Virus record (IMG/VR): IMGVR_UViG_2778261417_000006
Length of the DNA: 7,052 bases
From: a virus
Taxonomy: Duplodnaviria; Heunggongvirae; Uroviricota; Caudoviricetes
Reading direction: 5' to 3' (one strand)
The stretch's first letter is position 1. Every line of letters starts with the position of its first letter. The translations under genes were made by a program, and so were the position numbers. The notes under the pieces are model-generated. The model worked only from the letters and a program-made list of their open reading frames with translations, ran no database searches and was not told the DNA's origin. Positions 1 to 6,393 of this stretch are shown here, in pieces.

Positions 1-130
1 GAATCTGAGGCAGCACCTGGCACGGCTGGGACGGAAGTCGCTGTCGTTCTCAAAATCGGTGGAGCTGCATGACAAAGTCATCGGGCATTATCTGAACATA
101 AAACACTATCAGTAAGTTGGAGTCATTACC
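1..130 (+). mobile_element. IS1 right end, partial and window-truncated (3' end of insB plus terminal inverted repeat)
   Basis: Positions 2-115 translate to [37 protein letters not shown]-stop, the InsB C-terminus as I recall it. The element ends ...CTATCAGTAAGTTGGAGTCATTACC at 130, matching the IS1 terminal repeat. Bases 1-130 are the exact reverse complement of 6923-7052. Confidence 0.93.
2..115 (+). CDS. insB: IS1 transposase InsB, C-terminal fragment (gene continues upstream of the window)
   Basis: Open frame from the window edge to TAA at 113-115; the translation matches the InsB C-terminus from memory. Confidence 0.85.
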
Positions 131-747
131 GGGATCGCGTTCTTAATATCAATGAAACCGCTGATGTATGGTCTTATGCTTACGGTAATAATTTGCTAAC
201 TCTGTCATCAATATATAACCGAAGAATAATGGTTATCTGCCTGGTGTTTGGTTGCCGACAGCAGGAGGCGAGGCTATCCACCTGGGACGAATGGGATTTA
301 AAAAACTGGGTATGGACAGTCCCAAAAGAGCACAGCAAAAACAAGGAGGCTATAGTAAGGCCTGTTCCTGACGGAATAAAACAATGGATCGTTAATCTTT
401 ACGCAGAAACAAAAAATCGCGGTTATGTTGTCGGTTGTGCTTTGCAAAGGGCGACAATAACAGGGGCTGCAAACAGAATATGCAGGCGTCTTGGTCATGA
501 TACTAATGGCTTGTGGTGCATACATGATTTCAGGCGCACATTTTCCACTACGCTTAATGATATGGGGGCGGATCCTTATATTGTCGAACTTCTTTTAGGT
601 CATAAAGTGAAAGGGGTTGCTGGTGTTTACAATAAAAGCAGGCATATAAAGAAAAAACTTGAGGTGCTTAATATGTGGGTTAATTACCTTAATACGATAG
701 CAGGATTTAACAACAACGTTATCGAGCTTAATAAAGAGGTGGTGTGA
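131..747 (+). pseudogene. int: Tyrosine recombinase (P4-type phage integrase), C-terminal catalytic domain only; 5' part interrupted by IS1
   Basis: The frame of the 193..747 ORF stays open back across the IS1 junction at 130/131, with no native start. The translation carries catalytic-domain hallmarks: ARLSTWDEWDL...WTVPKEHSKNK, box II HDFRRTFSTTL, and LLGH...GVAGVY with the presumed catalytic Tyr. About 205 aa are present against roughly 400 expected. Confidence 0.88.
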
Positions 748-748
748 T

Positions 749-1006
749 ATGGCAATTTATTCTCTTGTTGATGAAAACGATTTGCGCACAATGAAGGACA
801 TTGATCGGTTCATTCGTGAAAAAGAGTGCATAGCACTTACCACGCTGGCAAACTCAACACGCTGGAAAATGGAGCAGGCAGGTAAATTCCCGCGACGTAT
901 CAAGATCGGTGAACGTGCTGCAGGGTATCGACTTTCAGAGGTTCAGGCATGGATCCGTGGTGAGTGGCATCCTGGATGGAAACCTGGAAAAACAAAACAG
1001 CAATAA
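749..1006 (+). CDS. alpA: AlpA-family phage transcriptional regulator / excisionase-like DNA-binding protein
   Basis: 85 aa. The ATG lies 1 nt after the int stop and has an AGAGG-type SD. The motif IALTTLANSTRWKMEQAGKFPRRIKIGERAAGYRLSEVQAWI fits the AlpA/Xis helix-turn-helix signature (GxFP...W...ev..W). Confidence 0.8.
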   Translation: MAIYSLVDENDLRTMKDIDRFIREKECIALTTLANSTRWKMEQAGKFPRRIKIGERAAGYRLSEVQAWIRGEWHPGWKPGKTKQQ

Positions 1007-1018
1007 CCAGTAAATAAT

Positions 1019-1042
1019 GCCCCTCATCACGAGGGGTTTTTT
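1019..1042 (+). terminator. Rho-independent terminator after alpA
   Basis: Stem CCCCTC (1020-1025), loop ATCAC, stem GAGGGG (1031-1036), then TTTTTT (1037-1042). Confidence 0.75.
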
Positions 1043-1062
1043 GTCTATAAGGTAAAAACGCG

Positions 1063-1641
1063 ATGAATAAAAATATTGCCGTGACGGGCAAGGGGTACGC
1101 TCGTCCAGTGAAAAAATTCTGCGATATTCGTGATCTCGTCGTTCTGCGCTTTGATAGTGTGAACGTTCGTGTGGTGTATCTGAACGGCGATCCGTGGTTT
1201 GTTGCAAAAGATGTTTGTGCTGCGCTGGAACTAACCAATTCGCGTACGGCGTTGCAGATGCTTGATGATGATGAAAAGGGAGTAAATTTAACTTACACCC
1301 CAGGAGGAAATCAGAATATGAGAATTATCTCTGAGTCAGGTTTCTACAAACTAATAGCCCGCAGCCGCAAAGCAACGACGCCTGGCACATTTGCTCATCG
1401 TTTCAGTAACTGGGTATTCAGAAATGTGATACCAGGTATCAGAAAAACGGGGACTTATGGTATCCCGTGGGGTGCATTACAGGATTTTTCCCGCCGTAAA
1501 GAGCAATATCAAATAAGTGCCAGCGAGAAGGGGAGGGAGCTACAGGCATGTAAGCGCAAAAAGCGTGAGCTGGAGGAAGAAGAAAAAACGCTGATACGTG
1601 AATATCAGCCTGAGTTTTACTTTGGTAACCGCATTCAGTGA
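1063..1641 (+). CDS. Bro-N domain protein (phage antirepressor-like) with charged C-terminal tail
   Basis: 192 aa. Residues about 35-140 (VRVVYLNGDPWFVAKDVCAALELTNSRTALQMLDDDEKGV...TPGGNQNMRIISESGFYKLIARSRKATTPGTFAHRFSNWVFRNVIPGIRKTGTY) match the Bro-N consensus closely. The C-terminus is K/R/E-rich and looks coiled-coil-like. Confidence 0.85.
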   Translation: MNKNIAVTGKGYARPVKKFCDIRDLVVLRFDSVNVRVVYLNGDPWFVAKDVCAALELTNSRTALQMLDDDEKGVNLTYTPGGNQNMRIISESGFYKLIARSRKATTPGTFAHRFSNWVFRNVIPGIRKTGTYGIPWGALQDFSRRKEQYQISASEKGRELQACKRKKRELEEEEKTLIREYQPEFYFGNRIQ

Positions 1642-1650
1642 CAAAACAAA

Positions 1651-1671
1651 GGCGACCGCAAAAGGGTCGCC
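1651..1671 (-). terminator. Hairpin with T-run on the minus strand; candidate terminator for the leftward unit, convergent with the Bro-N gene
   Basis: GGCGACC (1651-1657), loop GCAAAAG, GGTCGCC (1665-1671). The + strand A-rich tract just upstream (1641-1650) reads as a U-run on the minus strand. Confidence 0.5.
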
Positions 1672-1737
1672 AGTGGGAACAAGGGAAAACAAAAGCATCA
1701 CCAACAATGCCACATTTGCGGCTGGTGGGCAATGTGA

Positions 1738-1917
1738 TCAGTCAGATTTGGTTCGTTCCAAGGTTTGCAACGAGAGCTTTTTCCTGTGCTCTTTAAGGAA
1801 TTTCTCAAGAGCAAACGAACAAGGTGCGAATCTTTCTGATTCATGTTCATGCGCTATATTTTTGCGTCGTCTCTTACGAGTTGGTGATGGTGTTTTGGTT
1901 GATTCTGTGTCGCTCAT
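1738..1917 (-). CDS. Hypothetical small basic protein, 59 aa (absent from the supplied ORF track)
   Basis: Hand translation of the minus strand gives MSDTESTKTPSPTRKRRRKNIAHEHESERFAPCSFALEKFLKEHRKKLSLQTLERTKSD-stop. It sits 57 bp downstream of the 101-aa minus-strand gene, has an AGGA about 8 nt upstream, and the minus-oriented hairpin lies about 70 bp beyond its stop. Confidence 0.4.
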   Translation of the reverse strand: MSDTESTKTPSPTRKRRRKNIAHEHESERFAPCSFALEKFLKEHRKKLSLQTLERTKSD

Positions 1918-1974
1918 GGTGCTGTCCTGTAAAGCAATGCGCCTGCGTTCCTCAAACTATGGCGCTGATATTGG

Positions 1975-2280
1975 CTATTCATGCTCTTTGACCTTGCGTC
2001 GCTGGAGTTCTTCACGCGCGACGGTGACGAGTTGCCCGATCTCCTCGGCTGCTTTGATGCCGATTTGTTCGACCTTAGCCAGGGCATCCAGTGACGACAC
2101 AAGGGGATTTTCTCCGCTGCCTTCTGCTTGGCGGCGGGCTATTTCTCCGCGCATGGCGGTTACGATAAATCCGGCATTGCTTTCACCGTCCAGCTTAACG
2201 GATTCCATCCCTTGCATAACATCTAGTGGGACTCTGACAGTTGTCAGTTGTGATTTTGCGTTTTTGTTAGCCGTTGCCAT
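1975..2280 (-). CDS. Hypothetical 101-aa protein; candidate DNA-binding regulator of the element (possibly ribbon-helix-helix-like)
   Basis: AGGAG SD 8 nt upstream of the ATG. It is transcribed divergently from the rightward operon across a palindromic operator region. The N-terminal segment TTVRVPLDVMQGMESVKL is compatible with a beta-strand plus helix RHH fold, but the family is not recognised with certainty. Confidence 0.5.
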   Translation of the reverse strand: MATANKNAKSQLTTVRVPLDVMQGMESVKLDGESNAGFIVTAMRGEIARRQAEGSGENPLVSSLDALAKVEQIGIKAAEEIGQLVTVAREELQRRKVKEHE

Positions 2281-2301
2281 TTCTGAAACTCCTAATCATC
2301 G

Positions 2302-2379
2302 GTGTGTTTCAGTATACACAAAAAAAGAAATACAAAAAGCCTTGACGTGTGTTTCATGCGCTCATAACATGAAACACAC
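2302..2379. promoter_or_regulatory. Divergent promoter/operator region
   Basis: Perfect inverted repeat GTGTGTTTCATG (2347-2358) / CATGAAACACAC (2368-2379) with a 9-bp spacer. A third half-site GTGTGTTTCA sits at 2302-2311. Candidate + promoter: -35 TTGACG (2342-2347), 17 bp, -10 TAACAT (2365-2370). Candidate minus promoter: -10 TATACT (complement of 2311-2316). Confidence 0.6.
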
Positions 2380-2470
2380 CGAAAGGATTGTTGAAATACA
2401 AAGAGCAACGCCCCGCAGTGCTGGGAACACATACGGGGCGTCTAACCAACAACGTAAACTAGGAGCCGTT

Positions 2471-2668
2471 ATGGTTGCTGTAAATCATATACCACACCTT
2501 GTACACACACAAACGGCCTTTGTGTGGCGTTTTCTGGCACTGAGTGCCGGAGAATCTCAAATCATCCACGTAACCGCCTGGACGGAACGCGAAGCGCGTA
2601 GCCGTTGCCCGTCCGGTTGTGTTGCTGTATTCGCTGCAAAAATCCGCCAGGGAGTGAGTCATGCTTAA
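2471..2668 (+). CDS. Hypothetical protein, 65 aa; likely first gene of the rightward operon
   Basis: AGGAG SD 5 nt upstream of ATG 2471. Its stop overlaps the start of the next ORF by 8 nt. It is the 3' end of the long 1598..2668 stop-free frame in the ORF track. Confidence 0.45.
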   Translation: MVAVNHIPHLVHTQTAFVWRFLALSAGESQIIHVTAWTEREARSRCPSGCVAVFAAKIRQGVSHA

Positions 2669-2846
2669 AACCTTCCGTGTATTTGCCCGAGCTGTTAACC
2701 CAATAGGCCACACAATTGGTATCGCTCAGAATGTGAAGGCTGTTAATGTTCAGACGGCTATTGCTGCGGTGAGAAGCGAATCATCAGAATATGGCTTATC
2801 ACAAGTCATTATTTCAGCAGTGTATGAATTAAAAGAGGTGCATTAA
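2661..2846 (+). CDS. Hypothetical protein, 61 aa
   Basis: GGGAG SD; stop TAA overlaps the next ATG as TAATG (translational coupling). Confidence 0.5.
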   Translation: MLKTFRVFARAVNPIGHTIGIAQNVKAVNVQTAIAAVRSESSEYGLSQVIISAVYELKEVH

Positions 2847-3037
2847 TGCAGGAAATTACATTACACGAAGCCGCTGAACGTGCGCACCAGACAGAAATTA
2901 TTTGCCGCCTTCTTGAGGTATACCCGAACAAAATTACAGATGCTGATATATCCGCACTGGCGAGCCTACTGGCGCGTCTTTCGGGAAGTGTCGCTAGTTT
3001 TTTGATTGAGGAAGAAAGTAAGCTGGTGGGGGATTAA
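2846..3037 (+). CDS. Hypothetical acidic protein, 63 aa
   Basis: AGAGG SD; stop TAA is immediately followed by the next ATG (coupled). Confidence 0.5.
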   Translation: MQEITLHEAAERAHQTEIICRLLEVYPNKITDADISALASLLARLSGSVASFLIEEESKLVGD

Positions 3038-3259
3038 ATGAATACAGAACGGGAAGTCTTTTTTAAATTGTTAGCATGTGCAGAAAGTTCATTAACTTTA
3101 AATAATTCAGCAAAAGCAATATTAAATATGTGGCTTGATTGCATAAATGACAATGAAGATGCAAATATTGCTTATGGCCTGTTGTCACTTATTGATGAAT
3201 CAGCAGAAAAACTCAATGACGCAATAAATAGTGCCCTGCTATCAAATAAGTCGAGTTAA
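3038..3259 (+). CDS. Hypothetical acidic protein, 73 aa, encoded in a markedly AT-rich segment (candidate moron)
   Basis: GGGGGA SD 4 nt upstream. By eye this ORF is about one-third GC, well below the flanking genes. Confidence 0.5.
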   Translation: MNTEREVFFKLLACAESSLTLNNSAKAILNMWLDCINDNEDANIAYGLLSLIDESAEKLNDAINSALLSNKSS

Positions 3260-3276
3260 GTCGAGGAATAAATAAT

Positions 3277-3576
3277 ATGGAAATGAAAAATTCTGGCTTT
3301 ATTGCCAGCGGCCCCGCTCGACCTGAATTTATGAACGGCGATATTTACCGCGATAAATACGGCGGCACGGTAACGATTAAAGGCGTGGCAGAACGGCGCA
3401 TCACTTACCGCCGTGAGGGGTATAGCTATGACTGCGTGATGCCTGTTTATCAGTTCCGGCGTGATTTTTCCCTGGTATATGCCGCACCCCGCAGTAAGCC
3501 CATCAGCAGGGAAAAAGCGTGGGGAAATATCCAGAAAATGAAAACCATGATTAACGGATTCAGAGGTAAAAAATGA
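3277..3576 (+). CDS. Hypothetical protein, 99 aa; immediately upstream of and overlapping the primase-like gene
   Basis: GAGGA SD; ATGA start/stop overlap with the 584-aa ORF. Confidence 0.55.
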   Translation: MEMKNSGFIASGPARPEFMNGDIYRDKYGGTVTIKGVAERRITYRREGYSYDCVMPVYQFRRDFSLVYAAPRSKPISREKAWGNIQKMKTMINGFRGKK

Positions 3577-5327
3577 AACTGGCACCGAACGTAAAACAGC
3601 AGTCACGCGGCATAAAACACAAAGGAACAGAAGTAATTATTTTTGCGGGTAGTGATGCCTGGGCACACGCGAAACAATGGCAGGAACATGATGCGCGTAT
3701 GGCCGGAGATAATGAGCCTCCTGTGTGGCTTGGGGAGCAGCAGCTATCCGAACTGGATAATCTGCAAATTGTGCCGGAAGGCCGAAAATCAGCACGCATA
3801 TACAGGGCCGGATATCTTGCGCCTGTAATGATAAAGGCGATTGGTCAGAAGCTGGCGGCAGCAGGCGTACAGGATGCAAATTTTTATCCTGAGGGTATGC
3901 ACGGCCAGGAGGTGCAGAACTGGCGCGAATATCTGGCCCGTGAACGCCAGAATCTTTCTGATGGTCTGGTCATTGAGCTTCCGGTAAAGCAAAAGGCGCA
4001 ACTTTCGCAGATGGCGGACAGTGAGCGCGCGCAGTTGCTTGCCGATCGCTTTGATGGCGTTTGCGTACATCCTGAAAGTGAAATCGTTCACGTATGGCGC
4101 GGCGGGGTATGGTGTCCGGTCAGCACAATGGAACTTAGCCGCGAAATGGTGGCGATCTATTCAGAGCACAGGGCCACTTTCAGCAAGCGCGTAATCAATA
4201 ACGCCGTGGAAGCGTTAAAAGTTATTGCCGAACCAATGGGCGAGCCGTCTGGCGATTTGCTGCCGTTCGCCAATGGTGCGCTTGACCTGAAAACGGGGGA
4301 ATTTTCCCCGCACACGCCGGAGAACTGGATCACCACGCACAACGGCATTGAGTACACGCCACCAGCACCAGGGGAGAACATCCGCGATAACGCGCCAAAC
4401 TTTCATAAATGGCTTGAGCACGCAGCCGGAAAAGACCCGCGCAAGATGATGCGTATATGTGCCGCGCTGTACATGATTATGGCGAACCGGTACGACTGGC
4501 AGATGTTTATTGAGGCCACCGGAGACGGCGGGAGCGGTAAAAGTACATTCACACACATAGCCAGCCTTCTGGCAGGGAAACAGAACACGGTAAGCGCTGA
4601 AATGACATCGCTTGATGATGCTGGTGGACGTGCGCAGGTTGTCGGGAGTCGTCTTATCGTCCTGGCTGACCAGCCGAAATATACAGGCGAAGGAACGGGC
4701 ATCAAGAAAATCACAGGCGGCGACCCCGTGGAAATTAACCCGAAATATGAAAAGCGTTTCACGGCGGTAATCAGGGCGGTGGTGCTGGCGACCAACAACA
4801 ACCCGATGATATTCACCGAACGGGCCGGAGGTGTGGCACGTCGTCGCGTGATTTTCCGTTTCGACAATATCGTCAGTGAGGCCGAAAAAGACAGGGAGCT
4901 ACCGGAAAAGATTGCGGCTGAAATCCCCGTTATTATCCGCCGATTGCTGGCGAACTTTACCGACCCTGAGAAGGCACGGGCTTTACTACTGGAACAGCGT
5001 GACGGTGATGAAGCACTGGCAATAAAGCAACAGACGGATCCGGTTATTGAGTTTTGCCAGTTCCTGAATTTTCTGGAGGAAGCGCGCGGCCTGATGATGG
5101 GTGGCGGTGGTGATTCAGTGAAGTACACGACCAGGAACAGCCTTTACCGCGTCTATCTGGCGTTTATGGCATACGCGGGCAGGAGCAAACCGCTAAACGT
5201 GGCTGAGTTCAGCAAGGCCATGAAGCCAGCGGCGAAAGTTTACGGGCATGAATATATTACGCGAAAAGTTAAGGGAGTAACGCAGACCAACGCAATTACA
5301 ACAGACGATTGCGACGCGTTTTTATAA
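3573..5327 (+). CDS. Replication protein: P4-family primase C-terminal domain / D5-like SF3 helicase
   Basis: 584 aa. Walker A GDGGSGKST is encoded at 4521-4547. The block LIVLADQP...KKITGGDPVEINPKYEKRFTAVIRAVVLATNNNPMIFTERAGGVARRRVIFRF resembles the phage/plasmid primase P4-family C-terminal signature. GAGG SD 6 nt upstream. Confidence 0.82.
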   Translation: MKLAPNVKQQSRGIKHKGTEVIIFAGSDAWAHAKQWQEHDARMAGDNEPPVWLGEQQLSELDNLQIVPEGRKSARIYRAGYLAPVMIKAIGQKLAAAGVQDANFYPEGMHGQEVQNWREYLARERQNLSDGLVIELPVKQKAQLSQMADSERAQLLADRFDGVCVHPESEIVHVWRGGVWCPVSTMELSREMVAIYSEHRATFSKRVINNAVEALKVIAEPMGEPSGDLLPFANGALDLKTGEFSPHTPENWITTHNGIEYTPPAPGENIRDNAPNFHKWLEHAAGKDPRKMMRICAALYMIMANRYDWQMFIEATGDGGSGKSTFTHIASLLAGKQNTVSAEMTSLDDAGGRAQVVGSRLIVLADQPKYTGEGTGIKKITGGDPVEINPKYEKRFTAVIRAVVLATNNNPMIFTERAGGVARRRVIFRFDNIVSEAEKDRELPEKIAAEIPVIIRRLLANFTDPEKARALLLEQRDGDEALAIKQQTDPVIEFCQFLNFLEEARGLMMGGGGDSVKYTTRNSLYRVYLAFMAYAGRSKPLNVAEFSKAMKPAAKVYGHEYITRKVKGVTQTNAITTDDCDAFL

Positions 5328-5340
5328 TTTTTTGTAAAAG

Positions 5341-5564
5341 CCATCTACCCCATCTACCTGAACGAAATAAACGCATATTATTCAACATGATAAGTGGGTA
5401 TAGGGCTAGGTAGAAGGCTAATAAAAGCTCTCTACCTCTTCTACCTGATTTTATCAGTTTCAGGTAGCAGGGTAGACGGCAGGTAGAGGAGTCAAAAAAG
5501 CTATCTACCCGCTGAAAGCGGCGCCATTACTGACATGATGAGCATTCGGGTAGATGGGTAGAGG
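5341..5564. repeat. Iteron cluster; candidate origin of replication
   Basis: Eleven copies of the pentamer CTACC/GGTAG in 224 bp. Tandem CCATCTACC x2 at 5341-5358 is mirrored by GGGTAGATGGGTAGAGG at 5548-5564. Other copies: 5409-5414, 5431-5436, 5440-5445, 5463-5467, 5471-5475, 5482-5486, 5504-5509. An AT-rich core lies at 5359-5394. Confidence 0.65.
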
Positions 5565-5613
5565 GGGGGAGGCACAACTAAAAACTTTTTAAACGAGGGG
5601 GGGGTGAAAATAA

Positions 5614-5928
5614 ATGCGCATACATAAAAATCACTTAACAAACATGCCAGCCGAAAACATGAATCAGGGGCGACAAATGACCAAAATTCGCAGAGACAGA
5701 ACACAGGCAAAATATAAAGCGTTAGACATGACAGAGCTTTCCTTAAAGGTGGCAATCAAAGCGATAGACCACCACACACGGGCAGGATACGCGAAGGAAC
5801 ATCCCGACCTGATAAGCGCATTCATGACCACAGCAGCGGCAAACTTTGCCACGCTGACAGAACGGGAGATTGCCGAAGCGGAACAGGTGACAACCATCAA
5901 TGTTAAAACCGGAGAGCAGACAGCATGA
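5614..5928 (+). CDS. Hypothetical protein (104 aa from ATG 5614; alternative start at 5677 gives 83 aa)
   Basis: Its stop overlaps the SSB start (ATGA). The 5677 start has an AGGGG SD at 6-nt spacing; the 5614 start follows a G8 tract. Confidence 0.55.
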   Translation: MRIHKNHLTNMPAENMNQGRQMTKIRRDRTQAKYKALDMTELSLKVAIKAIDHHTRAGYAKEHPDLISAFMTTAAANFATLTEREIAEAEQVTTINVKTGEQTA

Positions 5929-6347
5929 CAGCACAGATAGCGGCTTACGGGCGGCTGGTGGCTGACCCGCAGTTAAAGACCACCAGCAAAGGGACACAAA
6001 TGGCGATGGCGAGTATGGCGGTTCCCCTGCCGTGCAGCCAGGCAGATGACGGAACGGCGACGATGTGGTTATCCGTCCTGGCGTTTGGCAGACAGGCCGA
6101 CGCACTGGCAAAACACCACAAAGGCGAACTGGTGAGCGTGGCGGGTAACATGCAGGTAAGCCAGTGGACAGGCCAGAACGGCGAAACGCGGCGGGGCTGG
6201 CAGGTTATCGCAGACAGCGTAATCAGTGCGCGAACGGCGCGACCGGGCGGCAAAAAAGGCCAGCAGGGGCAGGCCACTGACGCACTGAACAGGGCAAAAC
6301 AACAGTCGGGGAATGATGATCCGTACGGCGATAATATACCGTTTTAA
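5925..6347 (+). CDS. ssb: Single-stranded DNA-binding protein (SSB family)
   Basis: 140 aa. The OB-fold region aligns with E. coli SSB by eye (GRL.ADP...W..V.AFG..A......KG..V...G......W). The C-terminus ends ...DDPYGDNIPF, resembling the conserved SSB tail DDDIPF. Confidence 0.85.
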   Translation: MTAQIAAYGRLVADPQLKTTSKGTQMAMASMAVPLPCSQADDGTATMWLSVLAFGRQADALAKHHKGELVSVAGNMQVSQWTGQNGETRRGWQVIADSVISARTARPGGKKGQQGQATDALNRAKQQSGNDDPYGDNIPF

Positions 6348-6364
6348 ATTCTGCAAACAAAAAG

Positions 6365-6393
6365 ATGCCGGAAAAAAATAGATTTTCCGGCAT
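6365..6393. terminator. Perfect 11-bp-arm hairpin downstream of ssb
   Basis: ATGCCGGAAAA (6365-6375), 7-nt loop, TTTTCCGGCAT (6383-6393). The U-run is on the minus-strand side; termination on the + strand is plausible but weaker. Confidence 0.5.

Noticed and set aside
298-525. 75-aa minus-strand ORF inside the integrase fragment
   Set aside because: Antisense to the recognisable integrase catalytic domain.
900-1238. Minus-strand ORFs of 112 and 90 aa spanning the alpA 3' end, terminator and Bro-N start
   Set aside because: They cross a strong terminator hairpin and overlap two supported + strand genes.
1439-1732. 97-aa minus-strand ORF
   Set aside because: Antisense to the Bro-N gene 3' end and crosses the convergent terminator hairpin.
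1598-2668. 1071-nt stop-free + frame (356 aa in the ORF track)
   Set aside because: It runs antisense through two minus-strand genes and straight through the promoter/operator region. The translation is Ser/Cys/Leu-rich and low in complexity. Only its last 65 codons (2471-2668, with an AGGAG SD) look like a gene. The length is statistically odd but is most likely a by-product of the opposite-strand coding and GC-rich composition.
3256-3606. 116-aa minus-strand ORF
   Set aside because: Antisense to the coupled 99-aa ORF and to the primase start; no independent support.
4403-5128. 241-aa minus-strand ORF inside the primase/helicase gene
   Set aside because: Antisense to a well-supported gene; Ser/Pro/Arg-rich translation typical of a spurious antisense frame; no SD.
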